The position numbers were made by a program, and so were the translations under genes. The notes under the pieces were generated by a model. That model was not told the DNA's origin and did not search any database. It worked only from the letters and a program-made list of their open reading frames with translations. A stretch of 27,295 nucleotides of DNA from a virus, in the UHGV virus genome UHGV-0068847. The stretch is one strand, 5' to 3'. Positions 15,258 to 22,141 of this stretch are shown here, piece after piece. Each line of letters begins with the position of its first letter. Position 1 is the stretch's first letter.

Positions 15258-15287
15258 GCCCTGGCATTCGCCGGGGCTTTTTTATTT
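15258..15287 (+). terminator. Intrinsic terminator of the moron
   Basis: GCCCTGGC-ATTC-GCCGGGGC (8-bp stem with one G-U pair) followed by TTTTTTATTT. Confidence 0.8.
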
Positions 15288-15391
15288 CAGGCTCACGGGA
15301 ATCATCCACGATACATATTGTTGATAAATCCAGCCCGTGAAGCCTGACCCTTTCATCACACAGCGCCATCCGAATAATCGGAGGTAGGGCT

Positions 15392-15670
15392 ATGACCAGA
15401 ATGAGCACCATTTACAGCAGACTTTCATATGGATCAGGAACCACGCTTGCCGGCTGCGGTGTATCAGCGAAGGCATATGCCGAAACAGCTAAAACAGCAA
15501 AAGAGGTGTCCTGGATGTTGGCCGACAGAATTGCAGGGTTAAGCCTGAGCGACTGGGCAATTATTGTCGGTATCGCATGCACAGTTATCACTTGTGCAGT
15601 GAACTGGTATTTCCGCTGGAAAGAACGGGAGGATCGGCGCAATGGCTATGCCACCAAAGCTGAAGAATAA
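15392..15670 (+). CDS. Class II holin, probable pinholin with a dual-start motif (92 aa)
   Basis: MTRM dual-start motif (Met1-Thr-Arg-Met4). A weakly hydrophobic G/A/S-rich first TM segment and a strong second TM segment (WAIIVGIACTVITCAVNWYF) are followed by a charged tail. Strong GGAGG SD. Overlaps the endolysin start. Confidence 0.8.
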   Translation: MTRMSTIYSRLSYGSGTTLAGCGVSAKAYAETAKTAKEVSWMLADRIAGLSLSDWAIIVGIACTVITCAVNWYFRWKEREDRRNGYATKAEE

Positions 15671-16190
15671 ACTGAGCGCAGCGGTCGTTGGTTTGATTCT
15701 TGCGGGGGCTTCCGCGCCCGTGATTCTCGATCAGTTTCTGGATGAGAAAGAGGGTAACAGCCTGACAGCATATCGCGACGGCGGCGGAATCTGGACTATT
15801 TGCCGTGGCGCCACGATGGTTGATGGTAAGCCAGTAGTTCAGGGCATGAAGCTGTCTGCTGAGAAATGCGCCAAGGTGAACGCCATAGAACGCGACAAGG
15901 CGCTGGCGTGGGTTGAGCGAAATATCAAAGTACCACTGACCGAACCACAGAAAGCGGGTATTGCGTCATTTTGTCCTTACAACATCGGCCCCGGAAAATG
16001 TTTCCCTTCTACGTTCTATAAGCGCATTAACGCTGGTGACCGTAAAGGCGCCTGTGAAGCGATCCGCTGGTGGATTAAAGACGGCGGCCGCGACTGTCGT
16101 CTGACCAAAGGCCAGAAAAATGGGTGCTATGGGCAGGTCGAGCGGCGCGATCAAGAAAGTGCGCTGACGTGCTGGGGGATTGACCGGTGA
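15642..16190 (+). CDS. SAR endolysin (GH24 T4-lysozyme-like), 182 aa
   Basis: Catalytic E-x8-D-x5-T triad ([16 protein letters not shown]). The N-terminal G/A-rich signal-anchor-release segment is [19 protein letters not shown]. Confidence 0.92.
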   Translation: MAMPPKLKNKLSAAVVGLILAGASAPVILDQFLDEKEGNSLTAYRDGGGIWTICRGATMVDGKPVVQGMKLSAEKCAKVNAIERDKALAWVERNIKVPLTEPQKAGIASFCPYNIGPGKCFPSTFYKRINAGDRKGACEAIRWWIKDGGRDCRLTKGQKNGCYGQVERRDQESALTCWGIDR

Positions 16191-16651
16191 GTCGACTAAC
16201 AAACATCATCATTACTGTGATCATCTGCATAATCTTATCTCTAGGCTGGGCCGTTAACCACTACCGCGACAACGCGATCACCTACAAAGACCAACGCAAC
16301 AAAGCAACTGAAAAGCTCAGCCTAGCTAACGTTACTATCACCGACATGCAAACCCGCCAGCGCGATGTCGCTGCACTGGATGCCAAATATACGAAGGAGT
16401 TAGCTGATGCGAAAAACACCATTAGCGGTCTACGTGGCGATGTTGAGTCTGGGCGCAAGCAGCTGCGCGTTGCAGCCGCCTGCAATAAAGTGCGTCAAAC
16501 CACCGACACCGCCAGCATGGATGATGCAACCGGCCCCAGACTTACTGACACCGCTCAACGGGATTATTTCACTCTCAGAGAGCGAATAGAAACTGTCACC
16601 AAGCAACTTGCCGGATTACAAGAATATGTCAGTGCGCAGAATTTAAAATGA
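16187..16651 (+). CDS. Rz: i-spanin Rz (154 aa)
   Basis: N-terminal TM segment and coiled-coil body. The C-terminal [10 protein letters not shown] motif resembles lambda Rz. GTGA overlap with the endolysin stop. Confidence 0.9.
   Translation: MSRLTNIIITVIICIILSLGWAVNHYRDNAITYKDQRNKATEKLSLANVTITDMQTRQRDVAALDAKYTKELADAKNTISGLRGDVESGRKQLRVAAACNKVRQTTDTASMDDATGPRLTDTAQRDYFTLRERIETVTKQLAGLQEYVSAQNLK
16407..16589 (+). CDS. Rz1: o-spanin Rz1, embedded in the +1 frame of Rz (60 aa)
   Basis: Lipobox-like LGASSC. The segment [27 protein letters not shown] is near-identical in pattern to lambda Rz1. GAAGGAG SD 7 nt upstream. Confidence 0.88.
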   Translation: MRKTPLAVYVAMLSLGASSCALQPPAIKCVKPPTPPAWMMQPAPDLLTPLNGIISLSESE

Positions 16652-16711
16652 CTTGTCACCTATTTCGCTGTCTGATTAGTTATTCAATATTAGTTGGCAT
16701 AGCGTTAGTAA

Positions 16712-16957
16712 TTAACTGCAATGGCTATGACTGCAATTAATTATGGCATCAGCTTTGCTTGATGAGGATGATGGATATTTTTCGGATAAGAATTTCTGTA
16801 TGTCTTCAACAGCTTCGATGCTGACTCTAATATTTGTATGGCCATTGTTTTTTAAATAATTAACTGCTTCATCTATAAGGTTGTTTTCTGATAGAAATTT
16901 GATAACAATGGCAAAGTTATCAACGCCGGTTTCGGTTAAAAGTTCACAGTTAGGCAT
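16712..16957 (-). CDS. Hypothetical 81-aa acidic protein (third gene of the small triplet)
   Basis: AT-rich ORF with a CTGGAG SD inside the end of the preceding gene and only a 5-nt gap. No plus-strand ORF competes. No domain recognised. Confidence 0.6.
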   Translation of the reverse strand: MPNCELLTETGVDNFAIVIKFLSENNLIDEAVNYLKNNGHTNIRVSIEAVEDIQKFLSEKYPSSSSSKADAIINCSHSHCS

Positions 16958-16962
16958 GGTTG

Positions 16963-17211
16963 TTACTCCAGTGATGTAAATGAGATTTTATTTTGGATTG
17001 TTTTTTTATCAGCGTGGGTGATATGTTTGTATGATTTTTGAGGTTGCCTAAACACAAAAGTTGTATTCAAAGTAATCGAGCTAATTAGGGTGGGCCGCTG
17101 GTTTGGTAAGGTCAGGGGATTAACTCTTATTCTATTACCTTTCTGCGTTGCCATAACCATGGGCAGACCCATCGTAATGGTAGTTTTTGAATAGGCCGCT
17201 AATGAATTCAT
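16963..17211 (-). CDS. Hypothetical 82-aa protein (second gene of the triplet)
   Basis: The ATG at 17211 forms an ATGA overlap with the upstream stop. T/S/N-rich sequence that looks beta-rich. No domain recognised. Confidence 0.55.
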   Translation of the reverse strand: MNSLAAYSKTTITMGLPMVMATQKGNRIRVNPLTLPNQRPTLISSITLNTTFVFRQPQKSYKHITHADKKTIQNKISFTSLE

Positions 17212-17396
17212 GGCGCATGGTTTTGGGAGGCGATTTGCAAGCAGGCATCTCGGACTTGTATCGCAAGACGAAGCCCTTCCTGAAATCTTGCTGATGCGTT
17301 GGGATCGTTTGCTGAATTTAGATAGACATTAAAAAGCTGCATGATGGTAACGCTATATGCTTGCTTAATAGCATTTTCAGTAATTGTTTCGTCCAT
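17208..17396 (-). CDS. Hypothetical 62-aa helical protein (first gene of the triplet; track ORF extends to 17456)
   Basis: The internal ATG at 17396 is preceded by GAGGAG 7 nt upstream. The remaining 5' part of the track ORF lacks an SD. Confidence 0.55.
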   Translation of the reverse strand: MDETITENAIKQAYSVTIMQLFNVYLNSANDPNASARFQEGLRLAIQVRDACLQIASQNHAP

Positions 17397-17482
17397 CGAG
17401 AATCTCCTCGGTAGCATAGATGACAGGTTTACTTCCGTCTTACCATAGGTCATCAATGGGATTACTTTAATAGGAAAGAAGC

Positions 17483-17605
17483 ATGAGCAAGCCGGACTGG
17501 GAGGTCATCGGGGCGGCGTACTGTGCCGGAGTGATGGCCCTCCGTGAAATTACATCGCAGCACGACATTAGTGAAGGGACAATGCAGAACCATACTAACT
17601 ACTGA
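17483..17605 (+). pseudogene. 40-codon fragment resembling the N-terminal HTH of a phage small-terminase or DNA-binding protein
   Basis: Hand translation gives MSKPDWEVIGAAYCAGVMALREITSQHDISEGTMQNHTNY*. The pattern (MSKPDW..I...Y..G..SLREI...H.IS.G) is typical of such N-termini and ends prematurely. Confidence 0.45.
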
Positions 17606-17635
17606 GTGAGTGAAACAGACAATATCATCGGTAAG

Positions 17636-17767
17636 GATGATGGCAATAGCCCCCGACTTACTGACGCCGCTAAACGGGATTATTTCACCCTCAGAGAGCG
17701 AATCAGCACCATCACCGGGCAAGTGAGTTACTTACAGGATTACATCAGGCAGCAATGTTTGAAGTGA
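17636..17767 (+). pseudogene. Duplicate 3' end of an Rz gene, with an embedded Rz1 3' end
   Basis: Translates to [43 protein letters not shown]. The +1 frame gives [17 protein letters not shown]... About 65 nt are highly similar to 16521-16586. There is no 5' part. Confidence 0.8.
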
Positions 17768-17801
17768 ATGGCCGCTAGACTTAGCCAGCCATTTTAAAGA
17801 G

Positions 17802-18227
17802 TTAACCAACGGTTAATGTGGAAAGCAAATGCGAAGTTTCCCCAGAGCAGTTAACAGTGGTTTCGTTGTAAGGGAATTCACCCGTATACTCGCTATTTGC
17901 AGGGGGAGTCATTTTGTTAATCAATGCAGCTTCTGCGCGCACCCGATCATCTTTTCCAGTAATAGTAGCGACGGAATAGCAGAGAGTCTCACCGACCATT
18001 AAATGTTCATTCCAGTCACCCAGCCTGTCGTGCGTGGCCACACGGGATCGGACGTTCGATGATTCGCCGATATAAATCAACTTACGAATTTCGAGTGTTG
18101 TCTTGGAGCCATTAGTAACAGCTTTGCATGCGTATACGCAGTAGATTCCTGACTGATCTGGAACGCCACTCTTATTGGCTTCACGCCAATACCCATCAAA
18201 TTGCAGATTAATTGTTTTACCAGTCAT
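17802..18227 (-). CDS. Stand-alone GIY-YIG nuclease-domain protein (141 aa)
   Basis: SGIYCVY...LIYIGESSNVRSRVATH, then RAEAALINKMTPPANSEY, supplying the GIY, YIG, Arg, Glu and Asn elements in canonical order. AGGAG SD 8 nt upstream. No extra DNA-binding domain. Confidence 0.8.
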   Translation of the reverse strand: MTGKTINLQFDGYWREANKSGVPDQSGIYCVYACKAVTNGSKTTLEIRKLIYIGESSNVRSRVATHDRLGDWNEHLMVGETLCYSVATITGKDDRVRAEAALINKMTPPANSEYTGEFPYNETTVNCSGETSHLLSTLTVG

Positions 18228-18647
18228 TTATAGCTTCTCCTAATTACGCCAACAATAGCGCAATAGGGAAGTGGGGAGATAAATCCAAGTTACAATGAGC
18301 AATCAGTATTTCAATGACTTATGTCATGATTTTCTTATTAATTATAGAAAATATGGGGTTTTTCCATGATGACTGCCATCGTGATAGCAGGTCGCTCAGC
18401 CATTGAACGGTAGGTTGTTTGTTACACAGGCTGCCATTACAGAGGCATTCACTGAGCGCCTGAGATAATGCACAATAACTCCCCCTGTACTGAAGGAAAT
18501 GTGGAAGAGAAAAATTCCATAGGGAGCAGACTAATCTGTAGGGATTGTCTCGATATCATTAGCGCGGTCATCCGGAAAGAATGGTTGATATGTACTGATT
18601 AGTCAAAATCATGCAGAATAGTCACAGTATAAATATGCGAGGCTATC

Positions 18648-19151
18648 ATGAATTATATTTACCAATTAGTGATCTCTGTAGTAGCGGGTGGACTTGGTGC
18701 ATGGATTGCAATGTTATTTGCTTTAAAACGTTTTTATAGTGAAAAGTGGTGGGAGAAGAGAGCAGGGGCCCTTATTGAATTAACTAATGCAATTTATCAG
18801 GTAAAGGTTCTACAAGATTATTATTCTGATTTGAAAGAGTATCAACGATTAGGTCCAGATGAATATCCAAACTTTATCAAATTGAGTGCTGAGAAACTTA
18901 GTAAATTACAAATCTCAGCTGCTGAGGCAAAAGATTTAATAGTAAAATATAGCAATATCGGCCCCTTGCTGGTTACTGAATCAGTATCAAAACTTCTAAC
19001 TGATTATTTGAAACGAGAAGATAAGGTTGACTATGAAGTTAATTTTCAGGGGTTAGATACAGATGATGCTGAAGAACATCTCTTATCGTTGACAAATAAA
19101 CTTCTGGAAGATTTAGTTAAAGAATCAAAAAGCGTTCTTAAAGCAAAGTAA
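18648..19151 (+). CDS. Single-pass membrane protein with a helical/coiled C-terminal domain (167 aa)
   Basis: N-terminal TM helix YQLVISVVAGGLGAWIAMLFAL followed by K/E/L-rich helical sequence. Very low GC. GAGG lies 5 nt upstream of the ATG. No family recognised. Confidence 0.75.
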   Translation: MNYIYQLVISVVAGGLGAWIAMLFALKRFYSEKWWEKRAGALIELTNAIYQVKVLQDYYSDLKEYQRLGPDEYPNFIKLSAEKLSKLQISAAEAKDLIVKYSNIGPLLVTESVSKLLTDYLKREDKVDYEVNFQGLDTDDAEEHLLSLTNKLLEDLVKESKSVLKAK

Positions 19152-19168
19152 TCTAGAAGAAAACCTAA

Positions 19169-19197
19169 GGGCACTAAATGTGATGTGCCCATTTAAT
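19169..19197 (+). terminator. Weak stem-loop after the membrane-protein gene
   Basis: GGGCAC-10 nt-GTGCCC followed by ATTTAATT. Confidence 0.4.
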
Positions 19198-19279
19198 TGT
19201 GCATACGCTAAGAGAATCATTATAGGGATAGCTTATAAATCGAATTGTGAAATTGATATTTATTATCGTTTGCGGGTCC

Positions 19280-19480
19280 TTTCCAGCGATCCGCTCCGTT
19301 ACGGGGCGGCGACCGCGCAGATTCTCGCTATTTATGAAAATTTTCAGGCATTTGCCGTTTCCGTTCTTCTTCTCGCTAATTCATTGTTTTAACTGTAAAC
19401 ACCCCCTGAAAAGAAAGGAAATGATAAGCCTTAAAAACGGCTAAATAGCCAGAGGGCGTTTCCTTTCTCTGTTTTTGTGC
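19280..19480 (+). other. Lambda-type cos site (cosN cohesive-end sequence at 19304-19315; cosB R3, R2 and R1 terminase boxes)
   Basis: CGTTACG|GGGCGGCGACCG differs by one base from recalled lambda GGGCGGCGACCT, and TCGCTATTTATGAAAATTTTC follows. R3 CGTTTCCGTTCTTCTTC is at 19356-19372, R2 CTGAAAAGAAAGGAAATG at 19406-19423, and R1 CGTTTCCTTTCTCTGTTTTTG at 19457-19477. All lie directly upstream of nu1. Confidence 0.88.
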
Positions 19481-19492
19481 ATGGAGTGAGCT

Positions 19493-20038
19493 ATGGAGGT
19501 CAACAAAAAGCGTCTTTCTGAAATATTTGGGGTCAGCGTGCGAACCATTCAGAACTGGCAGGATCAGGGAATGCCTGTAGCACGTGGCGGCGGAAAAGGT
19601 AATGAGGTCCTCTATGAATCTTCCGCGGCTATTGAATGGTATTCCGCACGCGACGCGGCGATTGAGAATGAGAAATTACGGAAGGAGGTGGAAGACCTTC
19701 GTCTTGCATCGGAATCCGACCTTCAGCCTGGTACGATTGACTATGAGCGTCATCGCCTCACCCGGGCACAGGCTGACGCCCAGGAACTAAAAAATGCAAA
19801 AGATTCCGCTGAGGTGGTGGAAACCGCATTCTGCACGTTCGTGCTGTCGCGGATGGCCGGAGAAGTAGCCAGCATTCTTGATGGAGTTGCTCTGTCTGTT
19901 CAGCGGCGCTTCCCGGAGCTGGAAAACCGACATATTGATTTCCTCAAGAAGGACATCATTAAAGCCATGAACAAAGCAGCTGCGCTGGATGAAATAATAC
20001 CGGGGTTGCTGAGTGAATATATCGAACAGTCAGGTTAA
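19493..20038 (+). CDS. nu1: Terminase small subunit Nu1 (181 aa)
   Basis: MEVNKKRLSEIFGVSVRTIQNWQDQGMPV...SEYIEQSG is near-identical to recalled lambda Nu1 along its full length. Confidence 0.97.
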   Translation: MEVNKKRLSEIFGVSVRTIQNWQDQGMPVARGGGKGNEVLYESSAAIEWYSARDAAIENEKLRKEVEDLRLASESDLQPGTIDYERHRLTRAQADAQELKNAKDSAEVVETAFCTFVLSRMAGEVASILDGVALSVQRRFPELENRHIDFLKKDIIKAMNKAAALDEIIPGLLSEYIEQSG

Positions 20039-21935
20039 GGGGCTGCAGCACTCTGCGCGCGCGGGTCTACTTTCGCTGTACCGACCTGAGCCGCAAACGG
20101 CGGTTGAATGGGCAGACGATAATTACTATCTCCCCAAAGAGTCGGCCTACCAGGAAGGGCGCTGGGAAACATTGCCATTTCAGCGCGCGATCATGAATGC
20201 GATGGGTAACGACTACATTCGTGAAGTTAACGTTGTTAAGTCTGCCCGTGTTGGCTATTCAAAAATGTTGCTGGGTGTTTATGCGTATTTTATACAGCAC
20301 AAGCAGCGAAATTCCCTTATCTGGCTGCCCACGGATGGTGACGCCGAAAACTTCATGAAGTCGCATGTTGAACCCACGATCCGTGATATTCCGTCACTTC
20401 TGGCGCTGGCCCCCTGGTATGGCAAAAAGCACCGGGACAATACGCTCAGTATGAAACGCTTCTCCAACGGTCGCGGGTTCTGGTGTCTGGGGGGTAAGGC
20501 GGCGAAAAACTATCGCGAAAAGTCAGTGGATGTTGCCGGCTATGACGAACTCGCTGCTTTTGATGAGGATATTGAGAAAGAGGGTTCCCCGACGTTTCTG
20601 GGTGATAAACGTATTGAGGGCTCTGTCTGGCCTAAATCTATTCGTGGCTCAACGCCAAAAACAAAGGGGACCTGCCAGATTGAGCGTGCTGCCAGCGAGT
20701 CCGGGCATTTCATGCGCTTTCATGTTGCCTGTCCGCACTGTGGTGAAGAGCAGTACCTTAAGTTCGGCGACAAAGAAACCCCGTTCGGGTTCAAATGGAC
20801 ACCGGGCGAACCCTCCAGCGTCTTTTACCTGTGTGAACATAATGCCTGCGTCATTAAGCAGCAGGAGCTGGATTTCACTGAAGCTCGTTACATCTGCGAC
20901 ACCACCGGGATCTGGACGCGCGATGGTTTATCCTGGTTTTCATCAACAGGCACAGAAATCGACCCGCCGGACAGCGTGACGTTTCACATCTGGACGGCAT
21001 ACAGCCCATTTACCACCTGGGTACAGATCGTCAAAGACTGGCTAAAAACGAAAGGGGATACCGGAAAGCGTAAAACCTTCGTGAACACTACGCTGGGCGA
21101 AACATGGGAGCCTAAAATTGGTGAACGGCCTGACGCGGAGCTCATGGCCGAACGCAAAGAGTTTTTCGGGGCATCCGTACCGGATCGTGTTGCTTATCTG
21201 ACAGCCGGGATTGACTCCCAGCTGGATCGATATGAAATGCGCGTCTGGGGATGGGGACCCGGAGAGGAAAGCTGGCTGATTGACCGGCAAATCATTATGG
21301 GCCGTCATGATGATGAAGCGACCCTCGTCAGGGTGGACGAGGCGATTAACAAAACCTACTCCCGAAAGAATGGCGTGGAAATGTCGGTATCCCGTATCTG
21401 CTGGGATATCGGCGGTATTGACCCGACCATTGTCTACAATCGCTCAAAAAAGCATGGCCTGTTTCGCGTGATCCCGATTAAAGGGGCTTCCGTTTACGGT
21501 AAGCCCGTCGCGAATATGCCGCGTAAACGCAACAAGAACGGCGTTTATCTGACGGAAGTGGGGACTGATACCGCAAAGGAGCAGATTTATAACCGCTTCA
21601 CACTTCAGCCGGAAGGGAGTGAACCTCTTGCCGGAGCCGTGCATTTTCCCAATAACCCCGAAATTTACGATCTGGCTGAGGCTCAGCAACTGACTGCTGA
21701 GGAGCAGGTTGAAAAATGGGTGGACGGGCGTAAGAAAATCGTCTGGGACAGCAAAAAGCGACGAAATGAAGCGCTGGACTGCTTCGTTTATGCGCTGGCG
21801 GCCCTGCGGATCAGTATTTCGCGATGGCAACTGAATCTTGATTCACTGCTCGCGAGCCTGCAGGAGGAAGAGGGGAGCCGGACCAATAACAAAACCCTGG
21901 CTGATTATGCCCGGGCATTATCTGGAGATGAATAA
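20013..21935 (+). CDS. A: Terminase large subunit A (640 aa)
   Basis: Collinear with lambda gpA (MNISNSQV...ARALSG). Overlaps the nu1 3' end as in lambda. Confidence 0.98.
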   Translation: MNISNSQVKGLQHSARAGLLSLYRPEPQTAVEWADDNYYLPKESAYQEGRWETLPFQRAIMNAMGNDYIREVNVVKSARVGYSKMLLGVYAYFIQHKQRNSLIWLPTDGDAENFMKSHVEPTIRDIPSLLALAPWYGKKHRDNTLSMKRFSNGRGFWCLGGKAAKNYREKSVDVAGYDELAAFDEDIEKEGSPTFLGDKRIEGSVWPKSIRGSTPKTKGTCQIERAASESGHFMRFHVACPHCGEEQYLKFGDKETPFGFKWTPGEPSSVFYLCEHNACVIKQQELDFTEARYICDTTGIWTRDGLSWFSSTGTEIDPPDSVTFHIWTAYSPFTTWVQIVKDWLKTKGDTGKRKTFVNTTLGETWEPKIGERPDAELMAERKEFFGASVPDRVAYLTAGIDSQLDRYEMRVWGWGPGEESWLIDRQIIMGRHDDEATLVRVDEAINKTYSRKNGVEMSVSRICWDIGGIDPTIVYNRSKKHGLFRVIPIKGASVYGKPVANMPRKRNKNGVYLTEVGTDTAKEQIYNRFTLQPEGSEPLAGAVHFPNNPEIYDLAEAQQLTAEEQVEKWVDGRKKIVWDSKKRRNEALDCFVYALAALRISISRWQLNLDSLLASLQEEEGSRTNNKTLADYARALSGDE

Positions 21936-22141
21936 TGGCGACACAGACTGATCTGGATGCCGCCCGCGCTGCGTTGCATGACCTCATGATGGGAAAGCGG
22001 GTGGCAACGGTGCAGAAAGACGGCCGGCGGGTTGAGTTCACTGCGACTTCAGTCAGTGACCTGAAGAAATACATTGCCGAACTTGAGTCACAGGTTGGCA
22101 CCACTCCACGACGCCGGGGACCGGCAGGATTTTACGCATGA
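21935..22141 (+). CDS. W: Head-tail joining protein W (68 aa)
   Basis: [44 protein letters not shown] matches lambda gpW. Confidence 0.95.
   Translation: MATQTDLDAARAALHDLMMGKRVATVQKDGRRVEFTATSVSDLKKYIAELESQVGTTPRRRGPAGFYA

Noticed and set aside
14733-15391. Possible tRNA genes downstream of Q, which are common in lambdoid phages
   Set aside because: No cloverleaf-compatible segment or T-loop GGTTCGAATCC-like motif is seen here or in the other intergenic regions. No tRNA is called.
17462-17722. 86-aa minus-strand track ORF
   Set aside because: It is antisense to both the small-terminase-like fragment and the Rz 3' remnant, has no SD, and has a junk-like composition. It is a by-product of the two sense-strand fragments.
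18469-18603. 44-aa Cys-containing ORF (MHNNSPCTEGNVEEKNSIGSRLICRDCLDIISAVIRKEWLICTD) in the long intergenic region
   Set aside because: No Shine-Dalgarno sequence, short, and in a region that may simply be a regulatory or decayed sequence. Not enough support to call it a CDS.
19180-19444. Two track ORFs (70 aa and 65 aa) upstream of nu1
   Set aside because: They lie across the cos site: the cosN GGGCGGCGACCG, the TTTATGAAAATTTTC spacer, and the R3 and R2 boxes. They have no SD and an implausible composition. The sequence is explained by cos.
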